A stretch of 64,000 bases of DNA, taken from the NCBI GenBank assembly GCA_051294375.1, contig CM119263.1, forward strand, positions 11,058,703-11,122,702. Reading direction: 5' to 3'. Made by a program: the position numbers and the translations under genes. This document shows, piece by piece, positions 15,532 to 29,700 of the stretch. The stretch is from Paraspadella gotoi (lineage: Eukaryota > Animalia > Chaetognatha). Every line of letters starts with the position of its first letter. The stretch's first letter is position 1. The notes beneath the pieces are model-generated. The model saw only the letters and a list, made by a program, of their open reading frames with translations. It was not told the DNA's origin and made no database searches.

Positions 15532-18500
15532 GGGAGAAGAGGGAAAGACATAATAATTTATGAGTCGGGTGGTCGCGATTAAAACCCCCCTCTCAGCCTC
15601 TCAGGGACTAAGCGTTTGTTCGAACTCTTGAAACTCATCGTCTGGAAGAGGAAAGTTTTTCTTTTTTTTTTTTGACTCAGTCACTGTTTTCTCTCTCGTG
15701 CCAAAAAAAAAAAGGAAAAAAAAAAACGAGGATGGATCCTGGCATAATAATGAGATCCTATGAATTTCTAAAAACTCTTCCCTGCTATTCCCCTTTTTTT
15801 CTTTTCCTTTCATCCCCTGTTTCTCCCTTTTCCTTTTATAGACTCTGTTTTTTCCTTCTTCTTCGTTTCACCCTCTCCTACCTAATTTTTCTTTGTCTTT
15901 ATCCTCCATTTATTTAAAAAAAAACAAAAAAACAAAAAGACATCGAGATTAGAAGTTTGAATCTTGAAGTTTGAAAGATTAACGAGGTGGCGCGAGAATC
16001 AAGGAACGTCTGCTCGCTTTCCCAGTTGACGAAAGACTCGGCGTCCCGATCGACGAGGAATTTCGATGACCGCGGAATCTGATGGATGAGAATTAAGATG
16101 GCATGAGGACGAGTTGGTAAAAGGTTAAGGTAAAAATGTAAGTTCTCGAAAAGCAAATAAACCAAATAAACTAGGACTCAAAAAAAAAAAGAATGGAACA
16201 TGAGAAAAGTTTGAGCAAAACAACAAAATACATGTGTAAATCAAATTTATACTAAATATTTGTATTTGCATTTGTAATAAAGTTTAATTCGTTAAAAAAA
16301 TTTTCTCCTAAAAAAGAATATAGAATAAGGAAACATATCTGAAAATGAGAAAAAAGAGGCCATAACCGAAAAATCAAGAACAAAAAAAAAAAGGAATAGG
16401 TAAACGTCCTGGCTTCATTCTTATTTATTCTCCGTCTTTACGAGCGAATCTCTCGTCTCATTCGGATATTGCCCTTCGACGCGAGTTGATTGACCCTCGC
16501 GGCAAACTAGTTTCCATTTTATGGATAGCAGGAATTGCCTCTTGCACGAAGTGTATCTATCTGCTGGTTAGTCGGTTAGTCTGCCCGTCCCTACGTTCGT
16601 TTGATCTTCAACCAGACCATGAGCACTTCTTTTTGTCTGCCGATGTCCTCGTACCACCGGTCGTAAGTTCGTCCGTCCGTTTATCCCTCGGTCAGTCTCT
16701 TCCATTGGTTTGTCCGACGATCCTTAGCAATCCGCCCGTTCTCGGTTCTTCCGTTCTTCCGTGAATCAGACTCGGACAAATCAATCTCNNNNNNNNNNNN
16801 NNNNNNNNNNNNNNNNNNNNNNNNNNNNNNNNNNNNNNNNNNNNNNNNNNNNNNNNNNNNNNNNNNNNNNNNNNNNNNNNNNNNNNNNNNNNNNNNNNNN
16901 NNNNNNNNNNNNNNNNNNNNNNNNNNNNNNNNNNNNNNNNNNNNNNNNNNNNNNNNNNNNNNNNNNNNNNNNNNNNNNNNNNNNNNNNNNNNNNNCCCAT
17001 CAGGGTCCCCGGCCGCTCGGGTCCCGCGCCCATCAGCCGTCGGACTCGCCTTCAATCATCCGCGTCCGACGCCGTTGTGACCTCATTACGCGTCGTTCTG
17101 GCGTCCGACGAGAGACCGGGGGGGGGGCAAGGGAGGGTGAACAATGATGGCGTCGAAATCGGTTATGGGCGGCGCAATTGTGCTCTCTCTCGTCCGCGAC
17201 GATGATGAGGATCGAAGCGTCCGGGGAAGATGGGCCAGGGGGGGTGGGGGCGGCGGTTGGAATCGGTCGTGGCGTCGAGTGACGAGGGCTTTAATGGTTC
17301 TGGAATCATCGGTGAATGAGAAAGAGCTTTAATATAAGCCGAAACCGTTGCGGGAGTTTCAATAGAATAATATCCGATTCCGAACTGGAATTATAATTAC
17401 TTTTATGATTTAAACTTCGAAAATTAAATTTCACCGAATCAAATCTTAATGGTTTAGTGTTTACTCTTCAAATATTGCGAGTTTCAGCATCGACGCGCGT
17501 GATTCTGTGATGATATCATTTGATGCCGTCGCAGAGACTCAGTGACGATGATGCTTTGTGATAATCGGAGACGATCGTCGTTAATGCGATTCGTTTATTC
17601 GCGAATCTTGATGATGGATGAACTCGGGGATTCTNNNNNNNNNNNNNNNNNNNNNNNNNNNNNNNNNNNNNNNNNNNNNNNNNNNNNNNNNNNNNNNNNN
17701 NNNNNNNNNNNNNNNNNNNNNNNNNNNNNNNNNNNNNNNNNNNNNNNNNNNNNNNNNNNNNNNNNNNNNNNNNNNNNNNNNNNNNNNNNNNNNNNNNNNN
17801 NNNNTCTTCTGAGAGATGAAATTGGGAGCAATTTACTGAACTCATTCTTTTTCGCTTTACAAAATTAACTACTACTCATATCAAAGTAATTGGNNNNNNN
17901 NNNNNNNNNNNNNNNNNNTCAGGAGAAGCCCTCAAAGTTCTCAGCAATTCTGATTGAATCTTGGAAAGTAATCGAGGCACCAGCCGAAGGACGACGCCGA
18001 AGAGGGTTTGACGAAGATCTGCAACAACGAATCGAAGGTTGCAGAGACGCGAGGTGCCCCTCGATTTGTCACGTCGCCAAAAACCGTCAACTCGAACGGA
18101 CCTTCATGGCGTTCTTTTTTTTTTTCTCCATTTAAGATTCTCCTCCTTTTTTTTTGTTTTCTTCCTCTTTTTTCTTTCCTCCTTTTTTTCTTCGTTCCTC
18201 GCCTTGTCCACGTTCCTTCCCTCCTTCCTCCCCCTTCCTCCTCCCCTACATACTTTCCTCGTTTCAGACTCAAGATCCTCGTTTTTCGTCGTTAGTCTTT
18301 GTTGCTTTCTCTCTCGAATGCCAAAATTAACCCGCAAGATGGCTCTTTCGAGTTTTTTCTTCCCAACAGCGAGAGAATTGCTCTTTTGTTTGGGAACGAG
18401 AACCGGAAAAAGGGGGGGACCGCACGGTCGCTTAGAACCCTTTTTTTTTTTGGGGGGGAGGAAGAGGAGGAGGAGGGGGAGGTGGAGGAGGATGATAATG

Positions 18501-18774
18501 CGTCACCTTAACTTCTTCACTCAATTTTCAAGAGTTGAATTTGGTTCCCGAGATGAGAAGCAATCGAACCAGTAACGCCTTTCTTGCCGATGTGCTAAGC
18601 TAAGAAGGTCTTTGCGGAGAAAAATATACCCGAGTCATTTATTTCTCGTCGGTAAATCTTATCTATAAATTATAGATTAAATTATAGATAAATTATAGTA
18701 TAATCTTTATTTTATCTAATTATAATCCACCTTTAATGAGCACGAGTAGAGTTTCTTCCCTAACGAGTTTATTA

Positions 18775-19620
18775 CAGAGTGTCATCAAGCGTACTGTCAC
18801 TTTACAAAGACGCTGTGTCAAATGGTAAGGGTTAATTATTATTTGATAAAATCACCATGCAGTTTTTTTTTGGTATCTATTTTATTTGTATCTTTATTGA
18901 CACAATTGTAAATTTCAAATGAAGGGAAATTATGTTTTGACAGTCGATCAAAAATTTGGTGATATTAAATTTATAAAGTTATCCTGGTTATGATGAAAAA
19001 ATAATTATGCATATTATATTACAGTAGTCACTATGTTATTTGCCCTGCTTTAGATTTGTTAATTGGGAATGATTGACGATTTCAGAAGAGAAGATGCAAA
19101 AAATGATTATGAAGAAAATTTGATTTATATGACTCTTAATACTTCAGGAAACTGATAAAGCTACAAATTTAGTACAATGATTCGGCTTATGATGTTGGAT
19201 GCATAGATACATTCTACTGCTAAAATTATTTTTCAGCTCATAAGCATTGCTAATGTCAACCAGCCGCATGTCTGTAACAATCTCTCAATTAAAACAAATC
19301 AAATACTATTGCTGAAATTCTGTCAGGAAAGGCCTCTGACCATCACTTATAGCATAGCGACATATTATTGTTAACTAAGTAGCTGAAAAAGGGCTTTTGG
19401 GTTGTGAAAGATTTGAATATTTTAAAATAGACAAAAAGTATTTCAACAATTAGCTTTGAGTGCTGATAAAATGTGATATAATCGTTTGATTTAAAAATAA
19501 AACATCATATAAAACTGTACAGAACTTATGGATCCAACGAGTACAGTAAAATGCATTTTTTATAACTGTACTGAATTACTGTATTTATTTGTAAAGTGTC
19601 AGTACACTTGAGACACTCTG
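18775..19620. mobile_element. Same MITE in duplicate block B
   Basis: Same TIRs, TA flanks and flanking sequence as 10573-11434, so it is the same insertion site. Confidence 0.8.
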
Positions 19621-19779
19621 TATGTTAACTTTGGTAATTTGTGTTTGAAAAAGGTTATCAGACTTTTTTTTAACGATTAATGTCTTGCGTCATTAAGCCC
19701 TCGTTTTCGACGCGTTTTTTTGAAAAAAAGTTCTTTGCCTTCCTATTTTTTTTTAGTTTATCCGTTTTGTTTTTGCGCT

Positions 19780-19811
<32 letters not shown>

Positions 19812-19838
19812 TCTCTCTCTGCTCTCTCTTCTCTCGTT

Positions 19839-19870
<32 letters not shown>

Positions 19871-20062
19871 ACTCTCTCTCTCTTCTCTCTGTCATTCTCT
19901 GTGTCATTCTCTCTTCTCTATCTCTCTCCCCTCCCCCCTTTTTCGCAGTCACGTTCGCGCGAAGAAGCCTTTTTTAAAAGGCGTCGTAATCATGAAGACC
20001 TTCGATGCTAAGAAAGGACCGGGATGAAAAAAAATGAAATAAGCGACGAAGAGAGCATAGAG

Positions 20063-20162
<100 letters not shown>

Positions 20163-21018
20163 AAGAGGGAGAGAGAGAAAAAAAAGGAGAGAGGGAGAGA
20201 GAGAGAGAGAGAAGGAGAGAGAGAGAGAAAAAGGAGAGAGAGAGATAAAGAGAGGAGAGAGAGAGAGAGAGAGGCGAGAGAGAGATAAAGAGAGAGAGAG
20301 TTAGAGAGAGAGAGTTAGAGAGAGTAGAGAGAATGAGCGATACAGGTTTATGTGCCAACTCCGGCGAGTCCCTCATCTCGTCAGTCCTATTTGTACAATC
20401 CTGGGCGATGAGGGCGACGCGAATGAGAAGCCGTCGTCGCTTCCGCGAATGAAGACTTGGATTCAAGACACGTTCTTCGTCTCGTTTCACCGTGAATCTC
20501 GAGACAAATGAAAAAAAAAAAATAAAAATGAACATCGAATATAAAGTGACATGAAAAAAAATATAAAGATCCGTATCGATATCCTCGACATTAGGGCTCA
20601 CACGAGTTTTAAATCCTCAGCCATGAAGAACTTTTTTTTCTCGATGCGGCAACGCGTCGTTTTAGGCGATTTTCGGTCAGTTCTTCTAGATTTGAGTTCC
20701 AAAATATTTTTGATAGAAACATAGAACTTAGAACATGTATTTCGATTTTTTTAATATATTTAGAATTCGTGAAAAAATAGTTTAATAATTGCACAGTAAT
20801 AATGTCATAATAATCTTGAAAAAGACTAAACAGTTTTTTAAAGGACTTGTCTCCGCATCGTTTTCTCTACTTTTCTTCTTGCTTTTTTTTCTCCTTGGAA
20901 AAAAAAAAATTTATAGTTTTTTCAATGAGAGAAAAACAAAGAAAATTCAAGTCTCGAGCTCCAGACGCGGCCAGCGGTTGAAAGATTGGGAGGAGGGATG
21001 GGAGACAAGGATAGAGAG

Positions 21019-21049
<31 letters not shown>

Positions 21050-21056
21050 TGAGAGA

Positions 21057-21105
<49 letters not shown>

Positions 21106-23890
21106 AGGGGGAGAATGAGAGGAGTAAATCAAAAGGAGGTAGAGAGAGAGAGAGTAGAGGAGTGAAGGAATGGGAAAGAGAGAAAAGTGAAGGAAGACTG
21201 AAAAAAACTGTGAGAGAGGCAGACGGAGAGGGGAGAGTTGACGAGGAGCAAGATCGGTGATTGGTGACTGGTGATTGGTGATGAGAAGGGGAAATACCGG
21301 AGGGAGAATCGGAGATGAATTTTGTCGCGAGAGAAATGGGAAAAGAAAACAGACGGAAAAAGGATTCGTCGGGGGAATGAATGATGAAGGAGGAAATTGG
21401 GAAACGAGGAGATGTAATTAGAAATTGGAAAATGATGAAACGAAAATGAGGAAACAACGATAAAAATAGAGAGAACGAAAAAGGCAAGTGAAAGAAAGAG
21501 AGAGATTGTGAGGAAGAACAAGGAAGAGAAGAGAGAGTGAGTTGGAGTGAGAGCGTTAAAGTGGATAATGTCCGAAAGTCTGTCAACAGAAGAAAGAGAG
21601 GGGGTGAAAGAGTAAGAGGAAAGAGAGAGAGAGCGAGTTGGAGTGAGAGCGTTAAAGTGGATAATGTCCGAAAGTCTGTCAACAGAAGAAAGAGAGGGGG
21701 AGAGAAGAGGGAAAGACATAATAATTTATGAGTCGCGGTGTCGCGATTAAAACCCCCCTCTCAGCCTCTCAGGGACTAAGCGTTTGTTCGAACTCTTGAA
21801 ACTCATCGTCTGGAAGAGGAAAGTTTTTCTTTTTTTTTTTTGACTCAGTCACTGTTTTCTCTCTCGTGCCCAAAAAAAAAAAGAAAAAAAAAACGAGGAT
21901 GGATCCTGGCATAATAATGAGATCCTATGAATTTCAAAAACTCTTCCCTGCCTATCCCCTTTTTCTTTTCCTTCATCCCCTGTTTCTCCCTTTTCCTTTT
22001 ATCTCTTTCTTCTTCGTTTCACCCTCTCCTACCTAATTTTTCTTGTCTTATCCTCCATTTATTTAAAAAAAACAAAAAAAACAAAAGACATCGAGATTAG
22101 AAGTTTGAATCTTGAAGTTTGAAAGATTAACGAAGGTGGCGCGAGAATCAAGGAACGTCTGCTTCGCTTTCCCAGTTGACGAAAGACTCGGCGTCCCGAT
22201 CGACGAGGAATTTCGATGACCGCGGAATCTGATGGATGAGAATTAAGATGGCATGAGGACGAGTTGGTAAAAGGTTAAGGTAAAAATGTAAGTTCTCGAA
22301 AAGCAAATAACCAAATAAACTAGGACTCAAAAAAAAAAAGAATGAACATGAGAAAAGTTTGAGCAAAACAACAAAATACATGTGTAAATCAAAAATTATA
22401 CTAAATATTTGTATTTGCATTTGTAATAAAGTTTAATTCGTTAAAAAATTTCTCCCTAAAAAAGAATATAGAATAAGGAAACATATCTGAAAATGAGAAA
22501 AAGAGGCCATAACCGAAAAATCAAGAACAAAAAAAAAAAGGAATAGGTAAACGTCCTGGCTCATTCTTATTTATTCTTCCGTCTTTACGAGCGAATCTCT
22601 CGTCTCATTCGGATATTGCCCTTCGACGCGAGTTGATTGACCCTCGCGGCAATTAGTTTCCATTTTATAGATAGCAGGAATTGCCTCTTGCACGAAGTGT
22701 ATCTATCTGCTGGTTAGTCGGTTAGTCTGCCCGTCCCTACGTTCGTTTGCATCTTCAACCAGACCTGAGCACTTCTTTTTGTCTGCCGATGTCCTCGTAC
22801 CACCGGTCGTAAGTTCGTCCGTCCGTTATTCCTCGGTCAGTCTCGTCCATTCTGTTGTCCGACGATCCTTAGCATCGCCCGTCTCGGTCGTCCGTTTCTT
22901 CCGTGAATCAGACTCGGACAAATCAATCTCGATGCCTGTCGTTAACCCTCGTTTCACTCTCAACTGCAGTCTCGCCGACTTTTAACCATCCCAGAAACGA
23001 CCACACACCCGTTCAGCGGCCTTCACCTCCTACCCCCCCCTCCGTGAAACCGCACCCCATCAGGGTCCCGCGCCGCTCGGGGTCCCGCGCCCCATCAGCC
23101 GTCGGACTCGCCTTCAATCATCCGCGTCCGACGCCGTTGTGACCTCATACGCGTCGGTTCTGGCGTCCGACGAGGAGACCGGGGGGCGGGGGCAAGGGAG
23201 GGTGAACAATGATGGCGTCGAAATCGGTTATGGGCGGCGCAATTGTGTCTCTCTCGTCCGCGACGATGATGAGGAATCGAACGTCGGGGGAAGATGGGCC
23301 AGGGGGGGTGGGGGCGGTTGGAATCGGTCGTGGCGTCTCGAGTGACGAGGGCTTTAATGGTTCTGGAATCATCGGTGAATGAGAAAGAGCTTTATATTAA
23401 GCCGAACCGTTGCGGGAGTTCAATAGAATAATATCCGATCCGAACTGGAATTATAATTACTTTATTGATTTAAACTTCGAAAAATTAAATTTCACCGAAT
23501 CAAATCTTAATGTTAGTGTTTACTCTTCAAATATTGCAGTTTCCAGCATCGACGCGCGTGATTCTGTGATGATATCAATTGATGCCGTCGCAGAGACTCA
23601 GTGACGATGATGCTTGTTTGATAATCGGAGACATCGTCGTTAATGCGATTCGTTTATTCGCGAATCTTGATGATGGATGAAACTCGGGGATTCTCCAGGG
23701 TTTTGATGGGGAAGATGGGGGGGGTGGAGGCGGGAACAGAATTTGGACTTTGGGGGGAATAAAGTTTATGTGAATCTTCTGAGAGATGAAATTGGGAGCA
23801 AATTACTGAACTCATTCTTTTTCGCTTTACAAAATAACTACTACTCATATTTCAATAGTAATTTGGTAGAGTAGTATGTGAAAGAGAGAG

Positions 23891-23949
<59 letters not shown>

Positions 23950-24178
23950 TAGATCACCATAAATAATTTATGTGAAAAGTCTTGAGAACTTGAATGACAT
24001 AACGATTAAAATAAAAAAAAAGAGAAGAAAATGATAACAATTAATCTATCCATTGTCGATTTATCGTTTAGCAACGTGAGATCCGTCACCTGTTGAATTA
24101 ATATATGTAAATGTTAGGACGAGATAAATTAAAGAAAACGCGGAAATTAAATCCAACGACCCCTCTCTCCATCAACAG

Positions 24179-24400
24179 GAGCAAATACGCCGTCCATCGT
24201 CGAGGCAACAACTTCAATCTCGTCATCTTCGGCGCCGAACTCGACGACGCCGGAAAGTACGACTGCTCCGGCGGCGCCGCTTATCATCTCACCGTGGTCA
24301 CGGCGCCGCGCTGTCGCGGAGACGTGCAGCGGCTGCAGGAGGGCGTCGTCGCGGAATTCACTTGCGACGCCGACGTGCGGTCCGGCGAGGAGGAAGAGAG
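24179..24400 (+). CDS. Multi-Ig protein exon: second half of Ig1 and start of Ig2 (RSKYAVHRRGNNFNLVIFGAELDDAGKYDC...VAEFTCDADV)
   Basis: Canonical L.I....L.D.G.Y.C Ig motif. Acceptor tcaacag| is phase 2 and donor AG|gtgagg is phase 2. Confidence 0.9.
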
Positions 24401-25699
24401 GTGAGGCGATTGAAGATAAGTTCATTAGTCAAAGCGAAACTTATCAAATTGCTTTATACCTTATTTCTCAAATCATTCAACCAATATTGTGTAGCCTCGC
24501 GAATTGTTTTTCTGTTTTTTTGGGGATTTTTTTGTCCTGAGAACTCAGTTTACTGACTAAAAGTAAAACAAAGGAAAAATTGAAAGGACAAAACTACACC
24601 AGAAAAAAAAAAGGGGGAAAACCCGCCAAAACATAAAAAGGCGCGCCCCGGCTCTGGCCGGTCATCAGTTTTGCAGACAAAAGCCTCCGAACGAGTCTCT
24701 TTAACGCGCGAAAGACAAACGGCCTCAATAAAAACAAGAGCCGAAAATACGTAAAGATAAAGAAAAAAACAAAAGGGAAAAAGAAGGAGGAGAAACGTGA
24801 GGAGAAAGGATGAAAAAANNNNNNNNNNNNNNNNNNNNNNNNNTCAGGAGAAGCCCTCAAAGTTCTCAGCAATTCTGATTGAATCTTGGAAAGTAATCGA
24901 GGCACCAGCCGAAGGACGACGCCGAAGAGGGTTTGACGAAGATCTGCAACAACGAATCGAAGGTTGCAGAGACGCGAGGTGCCCCTCGATTTGTCACGTC
25001 GCCAAAAACCGTCAACTCGAACGGACCTTCATGGCGTTCTTTTTTTTTTTCTCCATTTAAGATTCTCCTCCTTTTTTTTTGTTTTCTTCCTCTTTTTTCT
25101 TTCCTCCTTTTTTTCTTCGTTCCTCGCCTTGTCCACGTTCCTTCCCTCCTTCCTCCCCCTTCCTCCTCCCCTACATACTTTCCTCGTTTCAGACTCAAGA
25201 TCCTCGTTTTTCGTCGTTAGTCTTTGTTGCTTTCTCTCTCGAATGCCAAAATTAACCCGCAAGATGGCTCTTTCGAGTTTTTTCTTCCCAACAGCGAGAG
25301 AATTGCTCTTTTGTTTGGGAACGAGAACCGGAAAAAGGGGGGGACCGCACGGTCGCTTAGAACCCTTTTTTTTTTTGGGGGGGAGGAAGAGGAGGAGGAG
25401 GGGGAGGTGGAGGAGGATGATAATGCGTCACCTTAACTTCTTCACTCAATTTTCAAGAGTTGAATTTGGTTCCCGAGATGAGAAGCAATCGAACCAGTAA
25501 CGCCTTTCTTGCCGATGTGCTAAGCTAAGAAGGTCTTTGCGGAGAAAAATATACCCGAGTCATTTATTTCTCGTCGGTAAATCTTATCTATAAATTATAG
25601 ATTAAATTATAGATAAATTATAGTATAATCTTTATTTTATCTAATTATAATCCACCTTTAATGAGCACGAGTAGAGTTTCTTCCCTAACGAGTTTATTA

Positions 25700-26545
25700 C
25701 AGAGTGTCATCAAGCGTACTGTCACTTTACAAAGACGCTGTGTCAAATGGTAAGGGTTAATTATTATTTGATAAAATCACCATGCAGTTTTTTTTTGGTA
25801 TCTATTTTATTTGTATCTTTATTGACACAATTGTAAATTTCAAATGAAGGGAAATTATGTTTTGACAGTCGATCAAAAATTTGGTGATATTAAATTTATA
25901 AAGTTATCCTGGTTATGATGAAAAAATAATTATGCATATTATATTACAGTAGTCACTATGTTATTTGCCCTGCTTTAGATTTGTTAATTGGGAATGATTG
26001 ACGATTTCAGAAGAGAAGATGCAAAAAATGATTATGAAGAAAATTTGATTTATATGACTCTTAATACTTCAGGAAACTGATAAAGCTACAAATTTAGTAC
26101 AATGATTCGGCTTATGATGTTGGATGCATAGATACATTCTACTGCTAAAATTATTTTTCAGCTCATAAGCATTGCTAATGTCAACCAGCCGCATGTCTGT
26201 AACAATCTCTCAATTAAAACAAATCAAATACTATTGCTGAAATTCTGTCAGGAAAGGCCTCTGACCATCACTTATAGCATAGCGACATATTATTGTTAAC
26301 TAAGTAGCTGAAAAAGGGCTTTTGGGTTGTGAAAGATTTGAATATTTTAAAATAGACAAAAAGTATTTCAACAATTAGCTTTGAGTGCTGATAAAATGTG
26401 ATATAATCGTTTGATTTAAAAATAAAACATCATATAAAACTGTACAGAACTTATGGATCCAACGAGTACAGTAAAATGCATTTTTTATAACTGTACTGAA
26501 TTACTGTATTTATTTGTAAAGTGTCAGTACACTTGAGACACTCTG
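25700..26545. mobile_element. Same MITE in duplicate block C
   Basis: Matches 18775-19620 at offset 6925. Confidence 0.8.
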
Positions 26546-26704
26546 TATGTTAACTTTGGTAATTTGTGTTTGAAAAAGGTTATCAGACTTTTTTTTAACG
26601 ATTAATGTCTTGCGTCATTAAGCCCTCGTTTTCGACGCGTTTTTTTGAAAAAAAGTTCTTTGCCTTCCTATTTTTTTTTAGTTTATCCGTTTTGTTTTTG
26701 CGCT

Positions 26705-26736
<32 letters not shown>

Positions 26737-29700
26737 TCTCTCTCCTCTCTCTTCTCTCTGTCTCTCATCTCTCTCCTCTCTCTCTTCTCTCTTCACTCTC
26801 TCTCTCTTCTCTCTGTCATTCTCTGTGTCATTCTCTCTTCTCTATTCTCTCCCCTCCCCCTTTTTCGCAGTCACGTTGCGCGAAGAAGCTTTTTTAAAGA
26901 GGCGTCGCTAATCATGAAAGACCTTCGTGCTAAGAAGGACCGGATGAAAAAAAATGAGAATGGGAGAAAGAGAGCAATAGAGAAGAGAGAGAGATGAAGA
27001 GAAGAGAGAGAGAGAGGACAAAAGAGAAGAGGAGAGAAGAGAGAGAGGAAAGAGAGGAGAGAGAGAGAGAGAGAGAGAGGAGGGAAGAGAAAGAGGGAGA
27101 GAGAGAAAAAAAAGGAGAGAGGGAGAGAGAGAGAAGAGAGAAGGAGAGAGAGAGAAGAAAAAGGAGAGAGAGAATAAAGACGAGAGAGAGAGATAGAGAG
27201 AGAGGCGAGAGAGAGATAAAGAGAGAGAGAGTTAGAGAGAGAGAGTTAGAGAGAGATAGGAGAGAATGAGCGGATACAGGTTTTGTGCCAACTCCGGCGA
27301 GCCCTCATCTCGTCAGCCTATTTGTACAATCCTGGGCGATGAGGGCGACTAGCGTATGCAGAAGCCGTCGTCCCTTCCGCGAAGAATGACGTTGGATTCA
27401 AGACACGTTTCTCGTTTCGTTTCACCGTGAATCTCGGAGACAAATGAAAAAAAAAGAAATAAAAATGAACAGTCGAATAGTAAAGTGACATGAAAAAAAT
27501 ATAAAGAATCCGTATTCGATATCCTCGGACATTAGGGGCTCACACGAGGTTTTAAATTCCTCAGCCATGAAGAACTTTTTTTTCTCGATGCCGGCACGCG
27601 TCTTTTAGGCGATTTTCGGTCAGTTCTTCTAGATTTGAGTTCCAAACATATTATTTTGATAGAAACATAGAACCTTAGAACATGATTCGATTTTTTTAAT
27701 TATATTTAGAATTCGTGAAAAAATATGTTTAATAATTAGCCACAGTAATAATGCTCATAATAATCTTGATAATAAGACTAAAAGTTTTTTAAAGACTGTT
27801 CCGCAATCGTTTCTCTACTTTTTTCTTGTTTTTTTTTCTCCTGAAAAAAAAAAATTTATAGTTTTTTCAATGGAGAAAAACAAAAAGGAAAAATTTCAAG
27901 TCTCGAGCTCCAGACGACGGCCACGGTTGAAAGATTGGAGGAAGGGAGGGAGACAAGGATAGAGAGGGAGAAGAGGAGAGAGAGAGAGAGAGATGAGAGA
28001 GAAGGAGAGAGAGGAGAGAGAGAGAGCAGAGAGAGAGAGAGAGAGAGAAGGGGGAGAATGAGAGGAGGTAAATCAAGAAGGACGGTAGAGGAGAGAGAGA
28101 GGTAGAGGGTGAAGGATGGGAAAGAGAGAAAAGTGAGGAAGACTGTAAAAAACTGTGAGAGAGGCATGACGGGAGAGGGGAGAGTGACGAGGAGCAAGTC
28201 GGTGGATTGGTGATCTGGTGATTGGTGATGAGAAGGTGGAATACCGAGGGAGAATGGAGATGAATTTTTGTCGCAGAGAAATGGCGAAACAGAAAACAGA
28301 GCGGAAAAAGGATTGTCGCGTGGGAATGAATGATGAAGGTAGGGAAATTGGCGGAAACGAGGAGATGTAATTAGACAACGTTGGAAAATGATGAAACGAA
28401 AATGAGGAAAACAACGATACAAACAAATAGATGAGAGCGAAAAAGGCAAGTGCAAAGAAAGAGAGAGATTGGAGGAAGAAAAGGAAGAGAAGAGAGAGGT
28501 GAGTTGGAGTGAGAGCGTTAAGTGGATAATGTTCGCGAAAGTCTGTCAACAGAAGAAAGAGAGGGGGTGGAAAGAGTAAGAAGCGGAAAGAGAGAGAGAG
28601 GCGAAGTTGGAGTGAGAGCGTTAAAGGTGGATAATGTCCGAAAGTCTCGTCAACAGAAGAAAGAGAGGGGGAGAAGAGGGAAAGACATAATAATTATGAG
28701 CTCGGGTGTTCGCGATTAAAACCCCCCTCTCAGCCTCTCAGGGACTAAGCGTTTGTTCGAAACTCTTGAAACCCATCGTCTGGAAGAGCGAAAGTTTTTC
28801 TCTTTTTTTTTTTGAACTCAGTCACTGTTTCTCTCTCGTGCCAAAAAAAAAAAGAAAAAAAAAACGAGGATGAATCCTGCATAATAATGAGATCCTAGTG
28901 ATTTCAATAAAACTCTTCCTGCTATCCCGCTTTTTCTTTCCGTTCATCCCCGTTTCTTCCCTTTTCCTTTTTACATATACTCGTTTCTTCTTCTTCGTTT
29001 CACCCTCTCCTACCTAATTTTTTCTTGTTTATCCTCCATTTATTTAAAAAAAACAAAAAACAAAAGACATCGAGATTAGAAGTTTGAATCTTGAGTTTTA
29101 AAAAAGAAGAGAAAGATTAAGAGAGGTGGCGCGAGAATCAAGGAACGGTCTGCTTCGCTTATCCCCAGTTTGACGAAAGCTCGGCGTCCGATCGACGAGG
29201 AATTTCGATGACCCGCGGAATCTGATGATAGAATTAAGATGGCTATTGAGGTACGAGTTGGTAAAAGGTTAAAGGTAAAAATGTAAGTTCTCGAAAAGCA
29301 AAATAAACCAAATAAACTAGGACTCAAAAAAAAATAAGAATGAACACTGAGAAAAGTTTGAGCAAAACAACAGAAATATACATGTGTAAATCAAAAATTA
29401 TACTAAATATTTGTATTTGCATTTGTAATAAAGTTTAATTTCGGTTAAAAAATTTCTCCCTAAAAAGAATATAGAATAAGGAAACATATCTGAAAATGAG
29501 AAAAAGAGGCCATAACCGAAAAAAATCAGGAACAAAAAAAAAAAAGGAATAGGTAAACGTCCTGGCTTCATTCTTATTTATTCTCCGTCTTTACGAAGCG
29601 AATCTCTCGTACTCATCTCGGCATAGTTGCCCTTCGACGCGAGTTGATTTGGACCTCGCGGCAATTAGTTTCCATTTTATAGATAGCAGGAATTGCCCTC

